NCBI GenBank assembly: GCA_036172245.1
Contig: JAYWIR010000019.1
Coordinates: forward strand, 2,170,001 to 2,234,000
Source: Raillietiella orientalis
Taxonomy: Eukaryota
Length of the DNA: 64,000 nt
Direction: 5' to 3'
Part shown: one piece after another, positions 48,606-60,988 of the stretch
Layout of the letters: each line of letters opens with the position of its first letter
Numbering within the stretch: position 1 is the stretch's first letter
Position numbers and translations under genes: made by a program
Notes under the pieces: model-generated
Seen by the model: the letters and a program-made list of their open reading frames with translations, nothing else
Databases searched by the model: none
Told to the model about the DNA's origin: nothing

Positions 48606-51600
48606 TTCAAACCCGGTCACACCGGGGCGTTTATTTCCAAACTCTGTACATTTGTGGTACGAGGTCCCGCTACGGCCAATAGATCGTGGGGCCTACCGGG
48701 AAGCCGGTACGCAGACCGGCTTGACTCTCCTCGGCAGCGGAGGGGGTGGGGGAGAAAACAAAAATAAAAATAAAAAGGAAAACAAAAAAAAGAAACACTT
48801 TGGTGGGCCGGGAAGGGATCACTGTCCGCTGGAGGAAGAGACCATCCTTTCCAGGATGCCCTTGAGGTCACTCTGCATAGCCCCCAGATGGGACCATCCG
48901 ATCGCGATTCTCAGATAGCGACCCGCGTGTACGATGGGGTCCCTATCGCTGCTTCCTCTGTTGGCTGCGCTCCAGGCGGCCACAATCCCTCGGAGGCAGC
49001 AGAGCGCTGCCAGGGTTGAGGCTGGTGGCAGGGCGTCTCGCACGAAGAGGAGTCTCACAACGTCTCTGGGGGTGCTGCCGACCGGCATCCGGAGGGTCGT
49101 AGCAAAACGTTCCCACAAGGGCCGGAGGGCAGCGCAGTCCACTAACAGGTGGGGGAGGGATTCCTTCTCCCCGCACACTGTACAGTTCGGTCCCACCTTC
49201 CCCAACGTCCAGTGGTGACGGTGCGCGTTTCAGGGAAGACCCCAGTGCTACAGCAGCAGCGCCGATTCCTGCCACTTGAGGGGAGAGTGGACGTGTCTGT
49301 AAATACCGGTGGCCACTTTAGTTCACCCAGCAGGATGCCCAGCAGCTCGCTCCATCTCTGAAGTCCTCGAGGGAGGACACTTGGAGTCGCGGCGTCAGCC
49401 AGTTCCCTCATGGTCCAGCCTCTTAACAGCTTTTCCTTGCCCGCCATCCAGCCGCTTAATGCTATTGCCACCTCGGCGTTCGGCTGCTGCCGAGCACCCT
49501 CCTCAGGAAGGGCAGCGCGTGGTCAGCGGGGTCGTCTCCACCCACGTGCTTCTGGCGAGACACTCGAGCATGTTGCGGGTGTAGATGCCGGGTCGCAGGC
49601 GGTTCCAGGATTCACCACTTGACTGGTTCAACTTCGCCCACATGCCAACTGTTTCTTCCATCCATGCGCTGGAGTTGGCGGAGCTGCAGGCCATCCAGCC
49701 GTTCTCCTTTGCCGAGGTGGCCATGCGTCCGAGGAGAAGGCCGCATCTTCTTATTTTCCGGCCGCGGCTCAGGAGATGAAAGCTCTCCCGCTCCGGATAC
49801 ACGGCTGGCGAGGAGACGGGCCGGACCTCACCAATGGATGCTCCAGTACTTCGCCGCGATGGCCAAGGTTCGCCATCGCAGCTGATTTTCCATCCGCTCC
49901 AGCGTCAGAAGGCCAAGGCCGCCATCCGACGTCGAGCGCACAAGTCTTGCAGAGACACATGGACCTCCCGCTGCCCCACAGGGCGATTCGCAGGAGGTCC
50001 TTTGTCCTCTTCCCCAACTCTTGGGGTAAGGGGCAAGAAAAAACAGGGGGCGAAGAAGGGGGGCGCGAACGCGTTTCACACTGCGGCCCGTTCCGGCGAG
50101 TCAAACTTGTCTTCCAAGAACGGGCCGATCGCCGACTCCACTTTCTGGAGACGATCTGACCAGGCTTCTGACTGGCAGAAGTCCCCCAACGGAACACCGA
50201 CGTACTTTAAGAACCTCTCCGTAGGGATCCCCAGGCGGATTCAGTCAGGTCGTCCTGCCCACGTTGCACCAACCACTACCACCGACGACTTCGATCTGTT
50301 CACCCGTAGTCCTGTCCCGTGGCTCAGCAAGTCGAAGAAATTCTCGACTGCCGAAGCCGGGTCGGACATGGGCAGCAGCAGCAGAAGATCGTAAGCATAT
50401 GCCGACACGGCCGGCGTACCGGGGCACGAGCTTGGCAGGGCAGCCAATGTCACCCTGTATGCTCTCAGCACCAGTTCGAAATAGGTGCTAAAGAGCAGGG
50501 GACTCAGGCTGTCGCCCTGCCGGATGCCGCGCCTTACCGGCACGCCGAACACGTTTTGTCCTCTGAAAAAAACGGCGATGATCGCATTGCGCCAGCAGGC
50601 GCGCAGGTAGGCCGTTAAGGTGTCCGGGAAGCCCATGCGATCCAGGAGCTCCAGAAGGAGTTCCTGGTCCACGCAATGGAACGCTTTGTGCAGATCGACT
50701 GCGATCGCTAGAGCCCCCTTCCCTCCCCGATCGTCCCTTACTTGCCCCGCTGGCGCCCCCAAATCAGGGTTGCCGACATTCTATTTTTCCTTGTTTCCTT
50801 CCCGTTGCACATGGAACCATGTGCCGGCGAGGAACAGGTTCGCTTCCATGCTTCTCACGGGAACAGCGTAAGTCTGTTCTGGGCTGATGAAGCTGTCCGC
50901 TACCTGTCCCAGCCACGCAGACCGCAGTCCAGCCAGCAACTTGGCGTCGTGTTAACAATTGTGATCGGACGCTAGTTGCTTAATTTACGGAGGTCTCCTC
51001 CCTTGAGAAGGAACCTCACCCTGACTGACCGAAACGAGGCGGGAACATCTCCTTCGTCTCGGATCAACCGTGTCAACTCGAGCACCAGGGTGGTCAGCTC
51101 TGCCGCGAAGCACTGAAAGAACTCCGCTGGCAGGCAGTCTACCCCTGGCGCCTTACACCTCTTGAGCCTTTTAATCGCGGTGATGATTTCACCGGTCGTA
51201 AAAGGCTCGTCGAGGCTTTCTTTCTCCTCCTCCCCTATGGCCGGGGCTCCATCCGGAAGCAGGAGCCCCGAGGCATCCCACTCTGCAGGTGCCCTGGCGT
51301 AAAGGGAGGAGTAAAACCCCCGCACGAGGCGACGTACCGATGCCGGGTCCGAGTGTTCCTGGTCCCGGTCGTCCAGAACGCTGGGCGGTCCGGATTTCCA
51401 GGCTTGACGCTGGGCTCCGGCTTTGTTCTCGGCCAAGCGACGGACGTTAGGGGTCCTCGGGTAACGACAGGCGTGCAAATACACCCTTTCGTTGAGGCCC
51501 CCTCACCGATCCGGGGGGCAGGCGGTGCAAGGGGAACTCCTCACAGAACTCGCGGACCGATTCCTTAAAAAGGTCCCAGTCAGCGAGATTCCGGAGGGTG

Positions 51601-52200
51601 ACGCCTCTCAGGAATCGGCGGAGATGTTCCGCCGCACCTGAGATCCGCGTCCAGTCCCCGGGCAGACGCCACGCCCTGGATGGTGGTCCCTTGTCGCGAG
51701 GTATAACCTCGAAAATCAACCAAAGCGTCGATGGAAGTTTCCCTCGTCTGCCGACCCATGGGCACAGGTCGGCATCAAGGAAAACGTGGTCGACGCTTTG
51801 GACCATTTCCGGGAGGTCCCCCAACAAGTTGCGCGCCTGCATCGCCGCGCACAACTCGTTGGCCGCGTCTATGGGAGAATGGAGATCTGTGCACTCGGAG
51901 CGAGCCTCTGCGCTCAGGAAGGTGCGAGGTGGGTGGAATCCGGGAACAGCAGCAAAGGAGCAGTCACGGCAGGCAGGCGCAGGCGCAAGGTAAAGGCTGC
52001 GCGCTCTCTCGACGGGGTCCGTGGTTGCCGCGGTGCAATCCTCACGCTTGAAGTGCCCCGCTTTTTCCAACCCCTTGGCATCTTGGGGGACGGAAATATG
52101 GGCATCCCCTGCACTCGAGCCGTGAAATGCCACGGAAGTTTCCCTTATCCCTGTTTCCCATAGAGGTAAAAGCGCAGACCAAGCTGGATGCTGGGTGAGT
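48606..52200 (-). mobile_element. Decayed L1/Tx1-clade non-LTR retrotransposon (ORF2: end of APE endonuclease, RT, C-terminal CCHC; 3' UTR)
   Basis: Collinear motifs across frameshifts: SVDHVFL, AWRL, WDLFKESVREFC, FYSSLY, LDEPFT..KAPGVDCLPAEFF, N*RPI, DLHKAFHCVD, RGIRQGDSLSPLLF, YAYD (YADD mutated), GLRVNRSKS, CTVCGEKESLPHLLVDC. T-rich 3' UTR, AATAAA and terminus GTGACCGGGTTTGAA. The 5' boundary is approximate. Confidence 0.92.
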
Positions 52201-52699
52201 TCCCGAGCACGGAGCACGTCTCCACGAAAAGGCAGTGGGAAGGTAAAGAAGGTGGAGGTGAGGGAAGGGAAGGAGGTCGCGGTGTGCTGGCTTGAGGGAA
52301 CGTGCACTCCCTCGAGGTCACGAGCAGGTTCTCAGCCGCGCACCCCTTCGGTTTTCCGGGATCCGAGCAGGACCGGCCTTTCTCAGCTGTACCGTGGACT
52401 GGCTGATCTCTTGGTGAGTGCACGCAAGAAAAGGAGGAGGAACAGAGGAGATGGATTGACGGACGGCAAACCATGCACTTTCCACCCACAGAAGGAACGT
52501 GTGCAGAAGGCAGGGGGATCGGCCGAATAGAATATCTGGAGGTGCCCAAGATATTCTTTCCGAGAGAGATGGGAAGAATCGAAGAGGGAAGGTTTCTCCG
52601 GTTATCATCACGCGGTGCTTTTCGGCGAGAAGACGAGATCACACGCAGAATTGGAAGGGAACCTCTCGGCGGCAGAGGTCAAAACTGGCTTCACAGTTC

Positions 52700-53850
52700 C
52701 AGCATAAGGGGCAGCAGGATTTCGGTTCCTTTACTCTGAAATCGATACTAATGCAGACCAACTGGCGCGAGCACATGTATGGAAAACACACCTACATACA
52801 CACACACACACACACACGCACGATTTGTTTTATTTTTTTCTTTTCGTTTGTCTCCTCTTCCCCTGTGCTGCAGAGGCGAACCCTCCTGGCCTGCATGCCA
52901 GTTCCCGGCAGGTTCCTTCTCCTAGTTATAAGCAATGTGGCAGGACATTTGATCCTGGCATGTTTGTTTGTTTTCTAAATAAAGACCTCGGGGTGACCGG
53001 TGTCAAACCACACACACACGTTTGGTTCAAATCATCGCTACAGGTGGTGGTAGCCATAACAAAGGAATCCTTCAGAAAGCACTGGGGAATCCTCCAACCG
53101 AAGCGACCACGAAACCGCAAATGGGTACGAACAAAAAAGGAGGACTTCTCGAACTTTCGTGGAGACGCTCGTCCTCGTGGCTCTTGAGATGTTCAGCACG
53201 TGCAATTTCATTTTTGCCCTGGTCCCCCGCAGAGAAAAGATGGAAAATTAAGTTTGCACGCAAATCCGCTCAGACTGGGAAGCGACCAAAGAAAGATGAG
53301 GACGAAACCAGGCATTTGGTTGTCCTGCAAAGCAATGAGTAATCCATGAACTCTGATTGCTCCCTTGCATTCGAACTTGGGTGCCCACAGATTCCTCGTT
53401 CGTTTGCTCCAGAGGGATCCGCAGAAAACTCTTCTTCTCTCACTCCCAGATTGGAATTCTCCTCCGATCGTCTTCAACGCCTGCCTCGTTCCTTACTGCT
53501 CCAGCCGTCGCAGAAAATCTGCAGTCGGCTGAAGAAACCCCCAGCCGAAGAATGAGGAAGGAATTGTTCTTTCGGTGATGATGATGCAGCTCGGCCTCGA
53601 CCAATCTCGAGTGGGGTTCCAAGTGTGCTCGTTAGTGAGCCAACTCGCTTCTGTGAAAGGACCATCACCATAGTTGGCTGCAGTACCTTTACGACCAATG
53701 ATCCTCTCTTCGCGTTAAACCAGGCTCCTGGATTCAGGAAAGCTCCCAATCCAAAGCTTTCAGAAGTGACGCGCAGAAGGACCGTTGTCAAAGAGATGTC
53801 TTTGAAGAAATAAAGGCTGTTACGGGTTTCCACATTTCAAACAGAGCTAA
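52700..53850 (-). pseudogene. Second fossil MULE transposase, interrupted by a (CA)n tract and the LINE 3' UTR fragment
   Basis: FLRIPLEQTNEES, LIFHLFSA, CSYPF, FEPNV in MULE order; DNA ggaaccgaaatcc shared with the 56 kb copy (ggaacccaaatcc). Confidence 0.45.
52821..53006 (+). mobile_element. 3'-UTR-only LINE fragment inserted in a (CA)n tract
   Basis: Homologous to 60745-60932 (tgtgctg..gaggcgaaccc..ctggcctgc.tgccag..tagttataag.aatgtg); ends AATAAA..GTGACCGGTGTCAA; cacacacacacg on both sides. Confidence 0.8.
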
Positions 53851-56059
53851 AATTTAGAGAAACCGGCTTTCTTACAATTCCAATGTGACCATGCAGCAGT
53901 GCTGGAAACTGCGATGCGGTCCGACGTCCGCGGCTTGCGCCCCAACTCTCGGGAACCACCTCGGCATCCTGGTACGGCCCACGCGTCAACCTCTCCGCAA
54001 CCGCCGGCAGTTGCGCGCCGACGACCAGCCTGCTGCGCTCTCTCCCGACGGGACCCAAGACTTACGCACCGCCTCCTCCTCGGAAGCCCATCCCTCTGCC
54101 GCCGCCGCCACCCGAGACCCCCCTCGCGGCCCGCTCCAGCGCTCCCGTCCCGCTTTCTTGCCACCGCCGACCGGAGCTGCTCGGTGCCCGGGACAAGACG
54201 CCCCGCTCGCAGGAAACGCTCCCGCCCCCTCGCGGCGGGAAGCACCGGGACGTTCACTTTCCTGCAGCTGCCGCTTGCGTACGGAGCACGCGTCAGCGCT
54301 TGCATCCGCTCGCGTTGCCTCCGAGAGACGGTGAACCATGCCTGTGGTCAGGGAGAAGCCAGAGGAGACGACCCTGAGCTCCGCCAGAGGTCCACAGGCA
54401 CCCCGAGGTCGCCCGCCGGAGGATGACACGCAAAATCGGGGGTCGGGAGGAAGGCGAAGCGAACCACGTGGCAGCCGCTTGCCGCATCCCCTGGAAGTTT
54501 CCCTCGGGGCGGCTGCAGCTCGTCGAAGAGGAGGCGGCGAAAGGGCGGTCTCGACCTGCCTTCCAGACTCGCCTCGAAGGCCCGCAGCGGTGAGCAGAGG
54601 TGGCGCGGAGGGACGAACCGAACGCGCGATGCGACGCCCTGCGCTCACCCCGGTACGAGGTGCCGGTTGCCAAGGGCAGAAGGAAGCCGCCGCTAAGGGG
54701 TGCGCGGGCAGCGACTCTCCCACCCGCCCTGAGCTGCTGGCCCTGAAGCGGCGAAGCCCGATCGTCCGCGCCACACCCGCCCGCGCGTCTCTGCAGAACC
54801 GTTCCGCCGTCGGAGGATGGCGGGCCGCCGCCTGGCTGACAACGCGCCCTGCCGGAGCCGCTGCCGTCGGCGCCCAGCGGCTCCGCGGTGGCCGCGCACA
54901 CTCCGGCCAGGACCCCGGGAGCTAGTCCGACGCGGAGGACGGTTCCACGGAAACGACCTCGGAGCGTGGTTCGCTCTCCATCGCGGCGGCTGGTCCTCGG
55001 AGACTCGAAGGCGCAGGCGAACCCGGAGCGTCCTTCTGGAAAAGTCCGTTCCTTCCCCGCTCGCACTTTGCCGGGTCCTTCCGTCGGAAGATCGAGGGTG
55101 GACCAGGAGATGCATCCTCCTCATTTTCCGGAACGTCCGACGTGTCCACGTCCGGACGCGCGAGGCTTCTGTGGCTGGTCGTCGTGGCACGTCGGCCGCT
55201 CCCGCAGTCGCCGTCGATGGCTGCGGGTTCCGACCGCGCAGTCAGCCTGCCCCGGAGTGATCCTCAGGATGCCGCTGCACGGTCCAGGTGCTCTCGAGAG
55301 CCTTGGCGGAGAGATCGATGAAAGCGGACGGAGGCGGCGCCGTCGGAGCGCACGCCCAGAAGTCCTCGGGCCTGTCGCTGGGGGCTGGTCGGGAACGTCC
55401 CCATCCTCGGCACGCGAATTCCTCCGTCACCCGGCTCCATCGGCAAGTCTCCGAAGCCCGCGAGGTGGCCGGAGAGGGAGGCGAGCAGCGGGCGCCTTCT
55501 GGCCCGCCTCCCGCCACGGGCCGCCGACGTGGATGCCCTCCGTTCCCTTCGCAGGCACTGGCTGGAGAAGCTGCGAACGGGATGGCGCGAGGAGGAATCG
55601 GTAGCCGTTTCTGGATTTCCCCCGCGCTGACCTCAGCGTGGACCCGACTGGCTGTCTCTGCGAGCTCGCGGTTCGGCGGAACACGGAAGACGCGCGATGA
55701 CGTGTGGTCCGTCGCTGGCGCCCGGAACCGGTCGAGATCCGCTCTTTTTTTCTTCCTTATTTCCTCCTGAGCTGCCGCTCGTCGGAACGGACGTCCGCCT
55801 GCCGCTTTCGTCGAGCGCGGAAAGACGTCTGGCGTCGCCTCCATCTTCGGCGATACCTCTCAAGATACGCCTCCTGGAGATTTTCTCGGGAAAGACGACT
55901 CGAAAACGATCCCTCCTCTCTCGAACGCAGTCAGCCTGTATTCCGTCGTGACCTCCAGGATGCAGCTGCATGACCGAGGTGCTCTCTGAAGAGTCGCTTT
56001 CCTCAGAGCAGGGCTTCGTGTTGGTAGCGGATACTCCGGCGATGACTCCGATAGCGGCA

Positions 56060-56640
56060 CCGGGAAGTCTGATGTGGATTTGGGTTCCAAGGGAACCATC
56101 CTCTGAGCGTGGTTCATTTCATCCCAATTCTTTGGAGGAATCCGTGCAGCGAGGACCTCGGACCTGCAGGCTTGAGACTGTTATCACCACATCCGCCATC
56201 TTTTTTCGAACAGGGGGATGTGGATTTCGTAGTGAAGTCACGCAACGGTGCAACGCCCTCACATGTCCAGAAAAGGAAGTGCGGAAGTCTGCACCAGAAC
56301 GCGGCTTCCAGTCCTGAGCGTCCTCCGGTAATCGGGAAGATGGAAAAATCGGCAACACTGAAGGATGGAATGGCCTACCGCCTCTGGTAGTTTGAGAGCG
56401 CGTTCCGCGAAGACTGTGACGAGGTTTCGCTTCCCTTCGCGGATGTATTCGTACACCTGCGTGGGCGTCCAAGAGGATCGCGAGGAAAGGAACGCCGAAC
56501 TCCAGATGATCGCTCGCATTCATCTGACGAGGATAAAGATTCCAAACTACCTGGAAGAATGGATTCCAATTCATCCGAACACTCCAGGAGAACTGCCTCT
56601 TACTCGTGCTTGCAGATGATGTGCCGGAGGATAATACCAT
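56060..56640 (-). pseudogene. Fossil Mutator-like (MULE) DDE transposase
   Basis: Ordered motifs with stops and frameshifts: GVPFLAILL / TPTQVYEYI, LVTVFAERAL..AV, QCCRFFHL, SALPFL, LFEKRW, IPPKNW. These follow the MULE order P..Y.LL, KT...Y, DFE.A, CxFH, ALPFL, YFE.TW, PP..W. May extend further upstream. Confidence 0.62.
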
Positions 56641-59600
56641 TTTTAACTGCCTGTGAGACCGTGGTCTTGCGATGGTCTCTTCATCTCGGCTGATGATCCA
56701 AGCTGTGCTTCCAATATAGATCTCCTTGGGGCAGTGGAATGTCGCATCGCAGCACCTGCTTGGCGATCATCCCGTGCGTTCCATCGATCATTTGAGGATC
56801 TGGATTTTTCTCAGTACTTCTTCTGGACCCCGTGAATCTTAGGGATCTTGCGGCAACAGCGTTGACGGACCTTTTTGCCTCTTCCGATTCCTGAGCAGAA
56901 GCTCGGCAGGGGTGAGAGAGACGAAGAGTCGATCTCTCCTCGACCGTAGACGAGCACCCACCAGGTCGTACACTCGAAAGGAATACTGCATCTGCAAAGC
57001 CAGGAAGATAAAGTGAGCTCTTCTGCCTTTTTGAGCGTCTTCACTGACGTCAAACATCGCAGCGAGCCAGCTGCCGCCTGATCTTCCCCTTTGAAAACAC
57101 GCACTGTGATAAACAGCACGTCAGTGAAGATCTCGGAGGTAAACAAAGAATGCGGAAAGAAGACTCAGAAGGTACATGAGGAGACGGCTGCCAAGACATG
57201 CTGTCGTGAATGAGAATACCGAAGGGAAATTTCCTATTCTTTCATCTGCTTCTTGAATCCGAGGTGAGGTTCCGCTACCACACCTCTGATTCGATGACTG
57301 TGGGCGTGACGTATTTGTGGGACAGCAAAGGAGAGCCAACGCAAGGGAAAGTCATCTGCAAAAAAGCCAGTGTTGCTTTGCGAATGGTCTCGCGAGACGA
57401 GGCGATGTCTTTCAGGTGCACGACGAGACTCGAAAAGACTTCCGGATGCTCCATCGCCCAACGAACATCATCCGTGACCTAATGGGATGTTGGTTCCCTG
57501 TGATTTATTTCCCTTCGCTTACGTCCTCTCGATGCTGAGGACCGGTCCTTCGAATGTCTCCTTTCACCTGTCTTATCTCTGGGAGCTTCGAAATTATCAG
57601 GTGCTTCTCTTCCAAATTCTTCACACCGCTCCGTACTGCTCCCTTCCGAAACCAGTGACCAGGTCCTGACCTGCTGAAGGAATTCATGACTTTGGATACT
57701 AAGGAAACAGTAGATTTCCCACATTGTTGCAAAAACAACAACCAAAATCTGGCAGTTATAGACAACACTTCAACACAGGAATGTCACGCTTTTCATCCCG
57801 GTGCCTAAGTGAACGATGATTGGCTGAGCTATTCCGAGTTTTTCCCACGTAGCTTCTTCTCCAGAAGCTACGTGGGAGCGATCCTGGTTCTAGTGAACAG
57901 CATCCGTCCAGAGATTTACCGGAGGTTGACTTTTTTGCCCTGAACCAGAATCTGGGATGTATCTCCAGGAAATGAACCTGGGACGCACCACACCGACGAG
58001 GTACTGAGAGCAACATCCTAGAGGCCACAGGACTCCCGTGAGACGTCGGTGCCAGAAAGAAGGGTCCAGGAGTCGTGTCCATTTGGAATGGGAAGCATAG
58101 AGATGAAGCACCCCCGGAAGTTGCTTTTTCGACCGCCGCATTTCGTTTGTTCTTGACTGCTGCAGGCGCTTAGGCTTCGATGTCTTGCGTTGTCCATCGT
58201 TTGAGGCGCACTGCCTCGCTGGCAACTTTGGAGTCGGGGATCATCCCAACCCCATCCCATTCCTTTCCTCCTTCCGCCTGTTAAGGATCACCCTAGCTCG
58301 TTTTTGTTTTTTCCTGTTTTTGCGGAAGCCGCCAGAAATTTTCGTGTTCTTGCCAGCACCAGGCTTAAGGATTGGCCATCATCCTCCATCTTCGCTTCGT
58401 TGATACGAGCAGCCCTGGACTCGAATCCGCTGAAATCCCTCTTGCGTGACCGGAAGAAGAAGAAGAGGACTGTATTCCTTATCGCCGTCCTCGTCCTGCA
58501 TCAGCTGGGAAGATGATCATCTCCGTTAGCAGACTCTAAGACCTCCAGCGGTCAGGAGTATCGGAAAACTCTAGATCTCACGCCCGGTCCGAGGCACCCG
58601 CGCTGGAGCACCTACTTCGGACTGCGCACCCGCGCACCCGAAGAGAGCGTTCCCCTCACGAGGGGCGCGTCTCGAATCAGATGGAGGCGGACCAGCGCGG
58701 TGGCAGCACGGAATACAAAATCGCCTCCGCTTCCTGGCAGGCAAAAAAACAGAGAAATCGAAGACAAAAGAGCCTGAGCGAACCGAGGAGTTGCGGACTG
58801 TATCCGATGATCCGAATGTCGACTCTTCGAAGAAGGGGAGGGAGTGACAGCTGCGGCGCGATTGCGGGGCAAAAAAAAAAAGGATGCAAGAGCAGCGCGA
58901 ACAGAGACGTCCGAAGAGCGATTGGCCTCCGAAGTGGGAAAGGAAAGAGGCCAAGTGGAACAGCATGCAGGGTCCGTGGGCAAGAAACATCGTTCCCAGA
59001 TCTCGGAGAGAAGCTGCGAAGGCAGACTTCCATCGCTTCCAGACGTCCATTTGGGTGATTTTCTTCTTAAAAAAAAAAAAAAAAAAAAAAGACAGCAGAA
59101 GGGAAAAGTTGCGATCAATGGCGAATTTAAAATCAGCGTTTTTGGGTAAAGAAATTACTCTCGAAGCGCATGCAGGGCGTGTGAGAGGTCCATCACAAGC
59201 GTGGAAGGAAGTGGACCGGCGGAAGACTCTATGGGAGCAGAGCGAGGTGCCCTTCGGAACGTGGACAGTCGTCGAGCAGCATCCTGAGCGGATAGCAGTA
59301 GCGCCACAGGAGTTTCCGAGGAGTACCTCGTCTCCGGAACAGGAGAAAGTGCGTCGCAGTAGTTCCACTGACGATCCCGTCACGAATCGCCGTTACCATC
59401 GCAACGCCGGTGACGCTGACGAAGAGATTAAAAGTTCCGGAAACTCATTGCACCGTGAAGAGGCATTCCCTCGTTATGGGAGCGATGCGCCCACCGTTCG
59501 AGGAGTGAAATGGGATCTTCCCAAAGTGGAAGCTGTAACCTACATCACGGTGCAAGCCATCCACTCATTAAAAAAAAAATAAAAAGTGATGGCACATAAT

Positions 59601-60229
59601 TGCGGATGTGAAAATTATCTTTTTTTTGCTTTTTTTGTTTTCAGTTTTTTTTTTTTTTTTTGGTCCGCCAAGTGCTGAAGAACCGTTAGCCTCCTTAGCA
59701 GAGACTCATGGAGCTCTTTGACACGGTCCACGACACCTGAGAGTACGCGTAACTCTTCAAGTTATAGGGGGCAATCCGGGAGGGGACCACCCTATGGATC
59801 CAGGAATGCTCCGACGGAACGAGTCCACTTCTCTTACACTCGGAAGGGGAACCCGGAAGCGAAGAGAACCACGCCCTGGTTGTCTCCAAAGGGAACCCCG
59901 AAGGCCAGAACCTCCCCTCTTTTTCTACGGAGGGAACCTGCAAGGGAATCGCTCCCTGTTTCATCCCGGCTCCCTGTTTCTCCTCTGAAGAGAGCTTCGA
60001 AGGGAGCGGAGCTCTTCCACCCACTCTGGAAAGACAACCGACCCCCCGAAGCTCCAGAGTAAGCGATGGAGGGTCTTCCATGAGGGAAGGGATGGCTTCA
60101 TCTTCACAACCGGGGGAGAGAAACCCGGAAGGTTCCTTGATTTCTTGAATTGAATCCTCGGAGGGTCAGCTTCCAATTCCAGCCACTATACGGGAGCACC
60201 CGAGGATTTTCGGCTTCTATCAGTACCGC

Positions 60230-60932
60230 ACCCTCCCCTTAAAGTGTCAGGAGTCGGCGTTGATGCTGCTGCTGCATTGGGCACTCCCGTGCAACATCCG
60301 CCGGCATCACTGGACATGGGGGGAGGAATGGACACCAACGTGCAAGGTGCGGAGAGCGGGATTCGCTCCCTCACCTCCTAGTGAGCTGCGTTGCCCTCCG
60401 GCCACTTTGGGTACGCTTTGACGCGACCCTTGGAACCGCCGACGTCAACGCCTGAGACGTTTGAAAGCTCCTCTTCCTGCGAGACGCCCTCACGACGGCC
60501 GCATCCCAGCAGCACGGTGCGTCCCACGCGGAGGGACCGTGGCTGAACAGAGCAGCGCCAGAAAAGGCCAGAACCACAGGGACGACATCTATTTTGCTGT
60601 CCTCTTCATGAAGGCAGCTTCAAGATAGCCTCATCTAGGAGTCTTGAAACAGAACACCCTTACAAGGATGCAGAGGACACCCTCCAGCACACAGTGATCC
60701 CTTCCCCCCCTTCCCCATTCCCCCCAATTTTTTTTGGCTGTTTTATTTTTATTTTGTTTGTTTGTGTCCCCTCCTTCCGCTGTGCTGCCGAGGCGAACCC
60801 CACTGGCCTGCGTGCCAGATCACGGCAGGTCCTTTCTCGTAGTTATAAGTAATGTGACAAGACCAAAAGTCCTTCCACAGGCGTTTATTTTTTATTACTA
60901 AACGCCTGTGGCCCGACGTGACCGGGTGTCAA
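60230..60932 (+). mobile_element. 5'-truncated LINE copy inside SINE-like copy 3, antisense to it; near-identical to 5923-6625
   Basis: Reverse complement of 5923-6625 with about 2 substitutions; flanked by cagtaccgca (60221-60230) and cagtgccgca (60934-60943). Confidence 0.88.
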
Positions 60933-60988
60933 CCAGTGCCGCAACCAAAGCCCACAGGTCAACCGGTCATCCTGCATCCTTTGCAGGC

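Noticed and set aside
5923..60932. Giant 55-kb DNA transposon with 700-bp TIRs carrying host genes
   Set aside because: The inverted repeats are LINE 3' fragments, the outer flanks are inverted SINE sequence and not a direct TSD, and no intact transposase lies inside.
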